From Mobula hypostoma (taxonomy: Eukaryota): a DNA stretch of 64,000 bases. The notes below the pieces were generated by a model. It did no database searches. It saw only the letters and a program-made list of their open reading frames with translations, and was not told the DNA's origin. Shown here one piece after another: positions 37,363-50,840 of this stretch. The position numbers were made by a program, and so were the translations under genes. The stretch covers positions 47,370,001-47,434,000 of the forward strand of contig NC_086108.1 in the NCBI RefSeq assembly GCF_963921235.1, read 5' to 3'. The number at the start of each line of letters is the position of its first letter. Position 1 is the stretch's first letter.

Positions 37363-39944
37363 CATCGTTTCCACGGATGCTGCCTGACCTGCTGAGTTCC
37401 TCCAGCGTGTTGGGAGTGTTGCTTTGACCCCAGCATCTGCAGAGTATTTTGTGTTTATGATTGAGGAGTCATCTGGCCAATGGATCAATGAGGCCATTAG
37501 AAGGAGAAAAAAAGACAAACGTACAGGTAAAGCTGTAAAAAAAAAAGCATCAGAGCTGAGAATGAAGCTTGAGATCAAAATGCTGGAAGTGCCCCGAAGA
37601 TCTGGCAGTGTCTGTGTAGAAGAAAATACTGTTACCATCACAGATGATGAACTTAGAGCAGAGCTAGCTCTGACCCTAGCCAAAACCTTAAATGGTTGAA
37701 CTTGATAGAGACTCCCAAGGGCTGCAATGTGCTCACACACTAGATGAGGGGCTGCTCTTTAATCTTAAGCTGGATCTCATTGTAACATTGCAGGAGGTCA
37801 CGGATATACTGGCCACAGAGAACATGGGATGGAGGATTAAAATGATAGCCACTGGAAAGGTCCGGGTCAGAATACAGGTGCTCTGCAAAGTGGTCACCCA
37901 CTCTCACTTTGATCAGTTCAATGTAGAGGAGACCACATTGTGAACACTGACACAATTTAGTATGATGGACAGGCGGGATTGCAAGTGAGTGAACAACTGA
38001 TCTCAGAAGGACAATTCAGATGCCCAGGTGGCCGTGAGGGACAAAGTAGAAGATCAGGTGTTGCATTCCCACCTTGAAAAGGGAAATGGCTGGTGGAGGT
38101 AGGACCAGGGAAAATGAAAACAGAAAATGCTGAAAAACACTCAGCAGTATCTGTGGAAATAAGATTGTGTTAAATCCCTTTTTTTTTGTTTCTTGGCATA
38201 TTTTTAATTGTTATGAAAACCAAAATAGTGTTTTTTGAGACTAATGCAATTTTATTTTTGCTCCAGTCGTGGGAGTTGGGAACTGTGTGAGTGTCCAAAT
38301 CCCACATGAGCACTTGTGGCCTTTTTGACTAAAGCAAGAATTAATTCAAAGTTCTGAGCAATGATGCAATTAATTACTATTTGTTAGAGCATGAGTCTTG
38401 GCCAATTTTATAATTAAACTCAGCAGTGATGGAATACCACAGGAATAAATAGTGTCCTCACAGGATCTGCTCAGATCTAGAGATGCCAGTGTTATTTATG
38501 ACTGCCACTAGGATCCAATTCTTTAAAGATTCTGCGGTCAGAAAAGGGATTGTGGGTCAAAGGCTGAGGATGATAGGTTGGAAGGTGACCTTCGGACCAT
38601 GGGAGCGACTTGGTATCCTGGAGGGAACGCTCATGGTCTGTCACTCCAGGTGTAGGCTCACGCAGTGGAACTTACGTGGTGGTTCAGCTTTGTGTGGGAT
38701 GAGCAGTGCAGACGTAGGAGATCTGACCCAACTGAATGATTGGTATTTATGCTCCACAGTAACAGCCCATTGTCCACTTCATCTATTCTACCAGTAAAAT
38801 CCATTGGTCCCTCTCACCTAACCAACTTCTCTTTCAGTGCATCTATTCCCCTCAATAATGCAAGAGGGAAATTTGGAACTTGCAGTAGAATCTGGGAGGT
38901 GATAGGTAATGACAACAAAGGGGAACAGATGAGTAAATCCAATAGGAAGAGAAGGTGAGGCATGAAAACAAATAAGAGTGGTGGGAACAGGAGAGGGAAA
39001 GGGTCCACTGGATGGAGTGTGTTGGTGATGGGCGTATAGAGTAGATGGAGGAGGAGAAAGGAACAGCATGATGAGGGTCCAGAGATTGGGGCGGGGGGGC
39101 TGTGTAGAACAGGAGGAAAGGGAAAAGGGTCGGAGAGGGAACCGGTTTTATTCAATGGTCATGCCGTCTGGCCAGTGGGTTACATTGTGTTTTATCTGTA
39201 ATACACTATGTGGTATTACAATTGTTGGACAAACAGCAGCTGCTGCCACACGTTGGACAACAAAAATACATTTGTCTCATGTAGTTAGGTGAAGACTATT
39301 GTGCTGTGGACTGAAGAAGTGCGTTACCACACCATGCCTTCCTGAGCACTGAGGTTGTAACTACTAGTGTTACTGCCATACAGGAAAAATTGTACCAGCC
39401 AGTCTCTCACATCTGACAGCAACTGCAAAGGAGAGTATATCAGTGCAGCCCAGGATGACGCTAATTAGTCTGCACAATCAGAAAAGTGCATTTTAGCAAG
39501 ATAGAAACTACTCTAAAGATAGAAAAATAAAAAGAATTCCAAATAACAAGACAAAAAGATATTTCAGTGCATGTGACTATTCACTTTGAAGTTAATGGGA
39601 TAAAAGTTAAAGTGTTTTCAACTTTGATCAAAGGAACTGTATGGTGGGTGGAAATGTAGCAGCCACCCCTATTTAACAGGAGTAACTACAGATGATTTTC
39701 TTTACATCAAAGACTTCAGAAATTATAACAATTAAAATTTCCCTCATTATGTTCTATATAGTGGGTAAAATCATACTAACTCAGGCCAACAACTTGGTTG
39801 GTGGAAGAGCCTGTTTCTGTGCTGTAGAACTCTATGACTCCAGCTACTGAATTGTTTGTAATAGTAATGTTCAGTCAATAGTCTTGGGAGAAGCTAAGAA
39901 GGATAATCTATACTAGAGTAATAGAGTAATAGAGAGAGAGAGAG

Positions 39945-40250
39945 ACAGTACTGAAACAAACTCTTCAGCTCACCCGGTCAGTGTCCACCATCAACCACCC
40001 ACTTACACACATCCCAATTTTTTATTCTACATACATTCTCACCCACTCTCCCTAAATTCTGTCACTCACAGGTAATTTAACGAACAATATGCATGCTTTT
40101 GAGACCTGGGAGGAAACCAGAGCACCTGGAGGAATTCCACATGGTCACAGAAAGAACATGTAACCTCCATGTAAGCAGCGCTGTGGTCAGGATTAAACCC
40201 AAATTTCTGGTAATGTAAGGCAGTGCTTATACAAGTTGCTTCATTGATCC
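39945..40250 (-). mobile_element. V-domain tRNA SINE (HE1-like) with CR1-type tail
   Basis: gggaggaaaccagagcacctggaggaattccacatggtcacagaaagaacatgtaacctcca is the rc of the V-SINE core; B-box-like ggattaaaccc. Confidence 0.75.
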
Positions 40251-43200
40251 ATCCCAGTTTGTATCTTTATACAAATTGTAGGCTATTTTGTTTAAATGTA
40301 AGCCTAATGCTGGCAATTTTGATTGAGAAGTAATTTGGCCCACGTCTGCTCACCAACTATGGTTTCAATAGAGGCTTACTTTCTCTCTAACTTTAAATCT
40401 GTGTAACCTCATTCTTTGAACAAAACTGAACAATGGTCTGATAAAGACACTACACTGCTTTAACACAATAACCTTAGGTTTGTACTTTTCAGAGTTGGCT
40501 CCATTACATTCCTGTTGACTGGTTTACATCTATGATTGCTCAACATACTTAGAGATCACTTGATTGAAGTGAGACACATACAGTAACCTAGGATGGAAAT
40601 ATTTACACAAGTTTCTAGCTATGCTGCATGAATTCAATGAACACTGAGAAAATCATGCAAAATGTAGTTTCATCAAATTATGTATTCTGACAATGATCCT
40701 GAATGAGTATGGGTTAACATGGTGTGGTGCAGCAGAACCAACACTTTGGTGATAAAGTGCAAAAGGGTTCCTTTTCAAAACTTGTGAGTGTCTAACATTA
40801 ATGACGCTAACATCAACTTACTACAGATATTCACTGAGATAAACTTACATGCAAAGATTATCAACTGCATTACAAACACTCTCCTAACAATCGAGTCCCA
40901 CTGTTTACATTTTACACGCATATGCAAATAGGGTTCTGATCACGGGTTTGATGTCATCTTTCCAAATTTGAATTGCACTTGACAATAGTCCACAACGTGT
41001 GTGAAATAACCAATCTTCCCAGGAGTAAGTTTCATTGAATTTTTACTTACCTTATTGGAGAGTTTCCATACTCAACATTAACCTGGTCCATCAGTGGCTG
41101 CCACTCCCTCCCTCCACACCTCTCCTATCTCCCCTCTCCTCTGGGATCTCCTGACTGTTCTAATTGCCATTAAAGGCTAGCCAACCAATTCTTTTTGTGA
41201 GGCGCAAGCAATTTGTTCGGCAATGGTATGGCATGAAATATGTACAGCATTTTTAATTGGATTCTTCAGGTTTCTTGCTTTGTGGCTGCCTGTAAGCAAA
41301 CAAATCTCAAGGTGTAGAATTTATACATACTTTGATAATAAATGTATTTTAATGTTAATGTTAATTTGGTAGTCCTACAAGCAAATAGAGAAGTGAGCAT
41401 AAACAGGATTTTCAATGTATTACGGGTGTTTTTAAGAAGAATATTTCCATTTTTCTCTAGCTGTTGGTCTAGTGCCAGGCAGGGTATTCCAAAGAACTTA
41501 TTCAGATAGTTGTCAATCCTGGAGAATAATAACCGTTTACTCTTTTTTTTAAAAAAAGACAGATTGCATATAACTTTAGACATCTCCATACACAGTTGTG
41601 TTGCACAATTGTGCTTAAATAACTAATAGTCACAACTCAGCACTCTTATCGGGGAAGTTCATTTCCCTTATTATAAGCAAGCTTTTCATTTTTCCCCTAA
41701 GTCATATCGTATCCAGTTAAAGGAAGATGGATTAAACTAACTACGTTTTGAATAGAAAAGCACATCATTTCCTCCACAAACTCTCATATACAGTCACAAG
41801 ATTGGTGACAATCAGGTATAAACAGATGATGTAATTTTGTTTCATGAAGTATGGCACTAGCCAGGTCTTGCCACTTTCAGCGTTACGATCACAGGATCAC
41901 TTTATTAACCTACCAGAAGTAGGTTTCATCTTTCACACAGAGTGATGATGCTGTTACCCGCCGTGGCAGTCACTCTGAGAGAATGAAAGAATCTTAAGAT
42001 GGTGCAGATGTATTGCTTAGCAATTACTATTCTTCTCACCATAAAAGAAATACCAGTTTACAGAAATTGTTTGTTCAGATGTGACCTCATTCCCTTGGCA
42101 CTCTCAGAGAAAGCTGATAATCTTGAACCCTTAATTGACCTGTAGTTTGCATGGTTCACTTTGGATATCAGATCATTTCCATGTTGGTTTGGAGCCACAG
42201 CCAAATTAGAGAAAACAAAATTCTGATGAGAAATCAAGAATGCCATCCAAATGAATACAGAATTTCAAAACCTCATCTACAAATAGTCTGTATGACTTTG
42301 GAAACCATCATACTAATTTAGACATTGGAGAGCTGAAGAGTATAGTAGCTCGAGTTCATTGCATGAAATGTCAACAATGATCTATTAAACATGTAGAACC
42401 ATGCCTAAGCAAGTGTAGGGCGCTCACTGAATGTGCACCATGTTTACCAAATTGGAAGTCACCAAAACAAATGTGAAATAGCAGAATTGGGACATTCTTG
42501 CTCCAAGAAACCCGACTTGCATGTTTCTCACATTCCCACATGGTAAATGCCACTTGCTAGGTGAGCAGCAATGATGACATTTTCTCACTGATCCTTGGGA
42601 AATGCATCAATACTATTAAAGTCAACCATCCATGGCATTCTCATGCTTAAATGAGAGGCCAGCTGGGTCATCTCCAAAAAAAGAGGGTAGAAGGGGAAGG
42701 GATTATTAATAAAGCAGTTGTGGGCAGAGGGGCAATAGAGGGAGGAGGGCACAACAGTCCATGGGTCTCTCTTGGGCACAGTGGTCACAAGCTTCTGTGA
42801 TCAATAGTAATTTTGGGGTCACAGATAAAGCCATTGAGTCCATGCCAAGCCATTAATCTGCTCCCTCCCGTCGACCTGCATTGTCCTCCTATCCATGTAA
42901 CTATCCAAATTTTTCTTAAATATTGAAATCGACTCCACATCCACCACCTCCACTGGTAGCTTGTTCCACACTCTCACTGAGTGAAGAAGTTCCTTCTCAG
43001 GTTTCCCTTAAATATTTCACCTTTCACCCTTAACTCATAACCTCTAGTTCTAGTTTCACCCAACCTCAATGGAAAAAAGCCTGCTTGTATTTATCCTATT
43101 CATAAACCTCATCATTTTGTATACCTCGAACAAATTTCCCCTCAATCTTCTATGTTCTATACAAACCTAACCTAACCAATTCAAACAACAGGAATTCTGC

Positions 43201-43280
43201 AGATGCTGGAAATTCAAGCAACATACATCAAAGTTGCTGGTGAACGCAGCAGGCCAAGCAGCATCTATAGGAAGAGGCAC

Positions 43281-43316
43281 AGTCGACGTTTCAGGCCGAG
43301 ACCCTTCGTCAGGACT
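43281..43316 (-). ncRNA. Minimal type-I hammerhead ribozyme, intact
   Basis: rc: agtc CTGACGA a gggt-ctcg-gcct GAAAC GTC gact. Confidence 0.85.
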
Positions 43317-43611
43317 AACTGAAGGAAGAGTGAGTAAGGGATTTGAAAGCTGGAGGGGGAGGGGGAGATGCAAAATGATAGGAGAAGACAGGAGGGGGAG
43401 GGATAGAGCCGAGAGCTGGACAGGTGATAGGCAAAAGGGGATACGAGAGGATCATGGGACAGGAGGTCTGGGAAGAAAGACAAGGGGGGGGGTGACCCAG
43501 AGGATGGGCAAGAGGTATATTCAGAGGGACAGAGGGAGAAAAAGGAGAGTGAGAGAAAGAATGTGTGCATAAAAATGAGTAACAGATGGGGTACGAGGGG
43601 GAGGCGGGGCC

Positions 43612-44347
43612 TTAGTGGAAGTTAGAGAAGTCGATGTTCATGCCATCAGGTTGGAGGCTACCCAGACGGAATATAAGGTGTTGTTCCTCCAACCTGAGTG
43701 TGGCTTCATCTTTACAGTAGAGGAGGCCGTGGATAGACATGTCAGAATGGGAATGGGATGTGGAATTAAAATGTGTGGCCACTGGGAGATCCTGCTTTCT
43801 CTGGCGGACAGAGCGTAGATGTTCAGCAAAGCGGTCTCCCAGTCTGCGTCGGGTCTCACCAATATATAAAAGGCCACATCGGGAGCACCGGACGCAGTAT
43901 ATCACCCCAGTCGACTCACAGGTGAAGTGATGCCTCACCTGGAAGGACTGTTTGGGGCCCTGAATGGTGGTAAGGGAGGAAGTGTAAGGGCATGTGTAGC
44001 ACTTGTTCCGCTTACACGGATAAGTGCCAGGAGGGAGATCAGTGGGGAGGGATGGGGGGGACGAATGGACAAGGGAGTTGTGTAGGGAGCGATCCCTGCA
44101 GAATGCAGAGAGAGGCGGGGAGGGAAAGATGTGCTTAGTGGTGGGATCCCGTTGGAGGTGGCGGAAGTTACGGAGAATAATATGTTGGACCCGGAGGCTG
44201 GTGGGGTGGTAGGTGAGGACCAGGGGAACCCTATTCCTAGTGGGGTGGTGGGAGGATGGAGTGAGAGCAGATGTACGTGAAATGGGGGAGATGCGTTTAA
44301 GAGCAGAGTTGATAGTGGAGGAAGGGAAGCCCCTTTCTTTAAAAAAT
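43612..44347 (-). pseudogene. PLE ORF C-terminal part: RT thumb end, Cys-rich linker and complete GIY-YIG endonuclease (5'-truncated, frame open)
   Basis: FFKERGFP..RVPLVLTYHP..PCKRNKCYTCPY..GVIYCVRCSRCGLLYIGETRRRLGDRFAEHL..ATHF..RLEEQHLI..GMN. Confidence 0.93.
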
Positions 44348-45756
44348 GATTCAACCAATTCAACCTTTCCCTATAACTCAGGTCTTCAAGTCCTGGCAAG
44401 ATCCTTGTAAATTTTTTCTGCATTCTTTCAATCTTATTTACATCATTCCTGTAGGTAGATGGCTAAAATTGCATACAATACTTCAAATTAGGCCTTGCAA
44501 AAGTCTTATACTATTTCAACATAACATCCCAACTCTTGTACTCAATACATTGATTTACGAAAGCCAGTGTGCCAAAAACATTCTTTATGACCATATCTAC
44601 CTATGACACCACTTTCAAGGAATTATGGACGTGTATTCCCAGATTCCTCTGTTACACCACATTCCTCAGTGCCTTACCATTTACCATGTAAGATCTACCC
44701 TGGCTGGTCCTCCTGAAGTGCAACACCTCACACTTGGCTGCATTAAGTTCCATCTGCCAGTTTTTCAGCCCATTTTTTTCAGCTGATCTAGATCCTGCTG
44801 CAAGCTTTGATAGTCTTCCTTGCTGCACACTACACCTTGAATCTTGGTATCATCCGCAAATTTGCTGAACCAGTTTAAAGATGACAAACAACAGTGGACC
44901 CAGCACTGATCCCTGCAGCACACCACTAGTCACAGGCTTCCAGTCAGAGGGATAACCATCTACAACTACTCTCTGGCTTCTTCCATGATGCCAATATCCA
45001 ATCAAATACACTACCTAATATTGAATGCCAAGCGACTGAACCTTCTGGACCAAGCTCCCTTGCAGGACATTTTCAAAGATCTTGCTAAAATCCACATAGA
45101 CAATGTCGTCTTGCCTTCATCAATTTTCCTGGTAACTTGTTCAAAAAAACTCTATAGGACATGACTTATCATACACAAAGCCATTCTGACAATCCCTAAT
45201 CAGTCCCTATCTATCAAAATACTTATATATCCGGTCCCTCAGAATACCTTCCAACAACTGATGTCAGGCTAACCAGCTGAAAATTTCCTGGCTTATTCAT
45301 AGAGGCTTTCTTAAACAACGAAACAACACTAGTTACACTTGATCTTCTGGCACCTCACCTGTGGATAACGATGATATAAATGTCTCTTCTGGAGCCCCTG
45401 CAATTTCTGCACTAGTCTCCCACAGGGTCCAAGGGAACAATTTGTCAGGACCTGGAGATTTATCCACCCTAATTTACATCAAGATAGCAAATATCTCCTC
45501 CTGTGTAAATGAGACAGGGTCCATAGCCTTGCTATTGCATTGCCTCACATCTATAAAATCTGTGTCCATCTCCCAAGAAAATACAGATGGAAAAAATCCA
45601 TTTAAGATGTCCCCTATCTGTTTTGGCTCCACACATGGATTACCATTCTGATCTTCAAGAGGACCAATTTTGTCCCTTACAATGCTTTTGCTCTTAACAT
45701 ATCTGTAGGATTCTCCTTCACTCTGTCTGATTAAGCAGTCTCATGTCTTGGTTTAG

Positions 45757-47585
45757 AAAAATAGAAACATAGAAAACCTGCAGCACAATATAAGCCCTTC
45801 GGCCCACAAAGCTGTGCCGAACATGTCCTGACCTTAGAAATTATCTAGGGTTACCCATAGCCCTCTATTTTTCTGAGGTACATGTACTTGTCCAGAAGTC
45901 TCTGAAAAGACTCTATCGACTCCGCCTCCACCACCATCGCTGGCAGCCCATTCCACACACTCACCACTCTCTGTGTAAAAAAACTTACGCCTGACACCTC
46001 TTTTGTACCTACTTCCAAGCACCTTAAAACTGTGCCCTGTCGTGCTAGCCATTTCAGCCCTGGGATAAAGCCTCTGACTATCCACACGATCAATGCCTCT
46101 CATTATTTTATACACCTCTGTCAGGTCAACTCTCATCCTCCGTCGCTCCAAGGAAAAAAGGCCAAGTTCACTCAGCTTGTTCTCATAAGGCATGCTCCCC
46201 AATCCAGGCAACATCCTTGTAAATTCTGCACCCTTTCTATGGTTTCCACGTCCTTCTTGTAGTGAGGCAACCAGAATTGAGCACAGTACTCCAAGTGGGG
46301 TCTGACCAGGGTCCTATATAGCTGCAACATTACCTCTCGGCTCCTAAACTCAATCCCACAATTGATGAAGGCCAATACACCGTATGCTTTCTTAACTACA
46401 GAGTCAAATTGCACAGCAGCTTTGAGTGTTTTATGGACTCGGACCCCAAGATCCCTCTGATCCCCCACACTGTCAAGATTCGTACCATTAATACTATATT
46501 CTGCCATCATACTTGTGGTGGCGCGTGGCCAAGTGGTTAAGGCGTTCGTCTAGTGATCTGAAGGTCGCTAGTTCAAGCCTCAGCTCAGGCAATGTGTTGT
46601 GTCCTTGAGCAAGGCACTTAACCACACATTGCTCTGCGACGACACCGGTGCCAAGCTGTATCAGCCCTAGTGCCCTTCCCTTGGACAACATCGGTGGCGT
46701 GGAGAGGGGAGACTTGCAGCATGGGCAACTGCCGGTCTTCCATACAACCTTGCCCAGGCCTGCGCCCTGGAAACCTTCCAAGGCGCAAATCCATGGTCTC
46801 AGAAGACTAACGGATGCCTATATATATGTCATCATATTTAACCTACCAAAATGAACCACCTCACACTTATCTGGGTTGATCTCCATCTGCCACTTCTCGG
46901 CCCAGTTTTGCATTCTATCAATGTCCCACTGTAACCTCTGACAGCCCTCCACACTATCCACAACACCCCCAACCTTTGTGTCATCAGCAAATTTATTAAC
47001 CCATCCCTCCACTTCCTCATCCAGGTCATTTATAAACATCATGAAGAGTAGGGGTCCCAGAACAGAACCCTCAGGCACACCGCTGGTGACCAACCTCCAT
47101 GCAGGATATGGCCCATCTACAACCACCCTTTGCCTTCTGGGGCAAGCCAGTTCTGGATCCACAAAGCAATGTCCCCTTGGATCCCATACCTCCTTACTTT
47201 CTCAATAAGCCTTGCATGGGATACCCTGTCAAATGTCTTGATGAAATCCATATACACTACATCTACTGCTCTACCTTCATCAATGTGTTTAGTCACATCC
47301 TCAAAAAATTCAGTCAGGCTGGTAAGGTATGACCTGCCTTTGACAAAGCCATGCTGACTATTCCTAATCATATTATGCCTCTCTAAATGTTCATAAATCT
47401 TGCCTCTCAGGATCTTCTCCATCAACTTACCAACCACTGAAGTAAGACTCACTGGTCTATAATTTCCTGGGCTATCTCTACTCTCTTTCTTGAACAAGGT
47501 AACAACATCCGCAACCCTCCAATCCTCCGGAACTTCTGCTGTCCCCATTGATAATGCAAAGATCATCACGAGAGGCTCAGCAATC
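45757..47585 (-). mobile_element. Younger 5'-truncated CR1 nested in the older CR1
   Basis: Tail tagaaacatagaaaacc; ORFs 47117-47569 (PGNYRPVSLTSVVGKLME), 46818-47162 ([20 protein letters not shown]), 46172-46510; host CR1 resumes at 47586 tagccctcctgatt. Confidence 0.92.
46515..46826 (+). mobile_element. tRNA-derived SINE, family A (RTE-like tail)
   Basis: A box tggccaagtgg, B box gttcaagcc, CORE-like tgtgtccttgagcaaggcacttaacc; imperfect TSD tg(c/t)catcata(c/t)tt; second copy at 58493-58801. Confidence 0.88.
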
Positions 47586-49419
47586 TAGCCCTCCTGATTA
47601 CCTTTTTAAGCATTCTCTTGAATTTCTTAGACCCCTCAAGTACCTCATTTGTTCCTGCCTGCCTATTCTTGCTATGCAATTCCTTTCTTTTCTTAACCAG
47701 AACCTCAAAATCTCTTGAAAACCAAGGTTCTGTAAACCTGTTATCCTTGCCTTTTATTCCAACAGGAACATACAAACTCTGTACTCTCAAAATTTCAATT
47801 TTGAAGGCTTCCCACCTACCAAGTACACCTTTGCCAGAAAATAATCTGTCCCAAACCACACTTGCCAGATCCTTTCTGATACCATCAAAACTGGCTTTTG
47901 TCCAATTCAAAATCTGAACCAGAGGACCAGACCTATCCTTTCCCATAATTACCTTGAAACTAATGGCATTATCAACACTAGATGCAAAGTGTTCCCCTAG
48001 ACAAACCCCTACCTCCTGCCTGTCTCTTTTCCTTACAGGAGAACTAGTATCATACTCTCTCTAGTTGTGACTTCTATGTACTGATTAAAGAAACTTTCCT
48101 GAACACATCTGACAAACTCTTTCCCATCCAGCCATTTTACAGTATGGGAGTCTCAGTCAAGATGTGGAAAGTTAAAATCACCTGCTATCACAACCTTATG
48201 TTTCTTGAAACAGTCTGCGATCTCTCTACAAATTTGCTCCTCTAAGTCCCACTCACTGTTGCGTGGTCTATAATATAATCCCATTAATGTGGTCATACCA
48301 TTTTTATTCTTCAGTTCTACCCATAAGGCCTCACCAGATAAGCCCTCCAGTCTGTCCTATCTGAGCACTGCCATGACTTTCTCCCGAATGCCTCTTCTCC
48401 CCATTTAACCCCTCTTGCTCCATCACATCTAAAACATGGAATTCTGGAGCATTGAGCTGCTAGTCTTGTTCCCCCCCCCCCCACCCCCATAACCAAGTCT
48501 CAGTAGGGGCTACAATGTCATAATTCCATGTGCTGATCCATGCCCACAGCTCGTCTGCCTTTCCTACAATACTTCTTGAATTGAAATATACGCAGCTCAG
48601 AATATTAGTTGCACCATGCTCGACCCGTTTGATTCCTGTTACATAGGCTAAACAACATCTTTCTCCACAATCACTCCACTATCTATTCCAGCGCTCTGGT
48701 TCCCAACACCCTGCAAACACCATCGCCCCCCCTCACACCCCATGTAGCACTATATCAAACCTTCCCAGTAGGTTATTAGTCTCCTTCCAGTTTAGGTGCA
48801 AACTGTCCCTTCTGTAGGGATTCCACCTTCACTGGAAGAGAGCCCAATGATTCAAAAATCTGAAGCCCTCCCTCCTACACTAACTCCTTTGTCACATGTT
48901 AAACTGTATAATCTTCCTATTTCTGGCCTCACTAGCACTTGGCATGGGTAACATGAAATCACAACCCTGAAGGTCCTGTACTTTAACTTAGCACCTAACT
49001 CCCTGAACTCACTTTTTAGGACCTCATCACCTATCCTACCCATGTTGTTTGGTACCTACATGGACCATGAACTCTGGCTGCTCACCCTCCCACTTGAGAA
49101 TGTTGTGGATCTGAGATGTCCCTGACTCTGGCACCCAAGAAACAACAAACCATTCAGGAATCTCATTCCAGTCCACAGAACTTTCGGTTCCACTAACTAA
49201 CGAATCTCCTATCACTACAGCTCACCTCTTCTCCCCACTTCTCTTCTGAGCCACAGAGGCAGACTCAGTGACAGAGATCTGACTGTTGTGGCTTTCATCT
49301 ACCAGGTCATCCCATCGAATATTATCTAAAGTTTATTCCCGCCTCCCCTCCTGTTGGTCAGTGTCCAGCATCAAGTTAGAGAAATACAAACAATTGCAAA
49401 CATGTTTACAGCTCATTGA

Positions 49420-50840
49420 AATAGATCAGTATAGCACAGAAACAGGGTCTCCAGCCCATGGTGTCTGTGCCGACCATAGTGCAAATTTAATACACAGATC
49501 TGCTTGCATGTGGTCATCATCCCTCAATCCCCTGCTTGTTCATGTGTCTGACTAAATGTCTTCGAAAGGCACCTTTCTCCACCACCACCCTTGGTACTAA
49601 ATTCTGGCAGATGTTTTTTAAACATTCCCCCTCTCATCTTAAAGCTATGCACTCATATCTGACATATCTATACTGGAATAAAAAGATCCTAAATTACTAT
49701 CTTGTGTATGTCTCTCATAATTTTGTACATTCTGAAACTCCAGAAAAAAATAAGTTTGTTCAATCCCTCTTTATAGGTAATATTCTCTAATCCAGGCAGC
49801 ATCCTGGTAAACCTCTAGGCACCCTATGCAAAGCCTCCAGATCCTCCCAGTAATACAGAAATGGGAACTGGTCACCATATTTGAAACGTGGACTAACTAA
49901 CGTTTTACACAGCTGCAACATAACTTCCTAACTTTTAAACTCAACATCCCAACAATGGAGACTAGCATGCCATATGCCTTCTTTGCCACCCTATCGATTT
50001 GTATTGCCATTTTTAGGGACACCATAAGACGTAAGAGCAGAGTTAAGCCATTCAGCCCATCGAGTCTGCTCCACCATTTCATCATGGCTGATACCGGATC
50101 CCATTCAACCCCATACCATATACCTTGATGCCCCGACCAATCAGGAATCTATCAACTTCTGCTTTAAATATACCCAATATTGGCTTCAACTGCAGTCTGT
50201 GGCAGAGCATTCCACAGATTCACCACTCTTTGACTAAAAGAATTCCTCCTTACTTCTGTTCTAAAAGGTCAACCCTTAATTTTGAGGCTGTGCCCTCTAG
50301 CTCTGCACACCCCACCATAGGAAACATCATCTCCACATCCGCGTTATCTAGTCCTTTCAACATTTGGTAGATTTCAATGAGTTCTCCACGCATTCTCCTA
50401 AATTCCAGTGAGTACAGGCCCAAAGCTGCCAAACGCTCCTCATATGTTAACCCTTTCACTCCCAGAATCATCCAGAAGTTATAGACTTACACCTAAGGTC
50501 CCTCTGTACATCAATTTTCTTTAGGATCTTGTCATTTAATGTATGTTTTCCTTTTACATTTCACTTTGCGAAGTGCAACATCTTGCACATGTCTGGATAA
50601 AACTCCTCCTATTTATTTGCCCCATTTGCAACCAATCTATATCCTGCTCAATCCTTTGACAACATTCATCACGGTCCATTACTGCACCGATATTCGTGTC
50701 ATTTGCAAACATACTAATTAGTTGATTTTTGTCTAAATCATTTTTATATGTTACAAACAACTGAGGTCCCAACACTGATCCTTGTAGAACACTGCTGGTT
50801 ACAGACCGCTGGTCAAAGAACTCTCTTCATCACTACTCTC
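49420..50840 (-). mobile_element. CR1 fragments (younger piece at about 50022-50472 nested in an older one)
   Basis: ORF 50250-50471 YEERLAALGLYSLEFRRMRG; ORF 50554-50775 LGPQLFV..FANDT; two CR1 tails near 49425 and 50022. Confidence 0.82.

Larger units (their letters stand above)
37213..37457. mobile_element. Fold-back PLE mini-element with a hammerhead on each strand
   Basis: 14-bp TSD tgattgaggagtca at 37199-37212 and 37458-37471; inverted arms 37212-37312 and 37319-37419 with 6 mismatches; 38-nt tail 37420-37457. Confidence 0.95.
36990..38160 (-). mobile_element. Old PLE 3' remnant hosting the 37213-37457 insertion
   Basis: ORF 37740-37955 CSQCGLLYIE..RVGDHFAEHL; decayed pLTR at about 36995-37090. 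Confidence 0.7.
43185..44352 (-). mobile_element. Young 5'-truncated PLE inserted in CR1
   Basis: 11-bp TSD aaccaattcaa at 43174-43184 and 44353-44363; uninterrupted ORF and intact hammerhead. Confidence 0.96.
42820..49330 (-). mobile_element. Near-full-length CR1 LINE (ORF1 esterase, endonuclease, RT, 3' end) with nested insertions
   Basis: ORF1 DEVLKSEFRELGAKLKYRTFRVVIS (48852-49043); ORF 47566-47946 LNWTKASFDGIR..PWFSRD; RT remnants 44353-45750; 3' end near 42820-43170. Confidence 0.88.

Noticed and set aside
37213..37457. DNA-transposon MITE or pre-miRNA interpretation
   Set aside because: Arms are PLE pLTR sequence, ends are asymmetric (38-nt tail), and TSD length varies among related inserts, which fits retrotransposition
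43935..44423. CR1-PLE and hAT-PLE fusion ORFs (also 34001-34477, 57115-57441)
   Set aside because: Chance read-through across insertion junctions, with no promoter or splice evidence
46515..46590. tRNA genes at the SINE heads (also 58493 and 59765)
   Set aside because: No complete cloverleaf or poly-T terminator; each head continues into a SINE body inserted within a LINE
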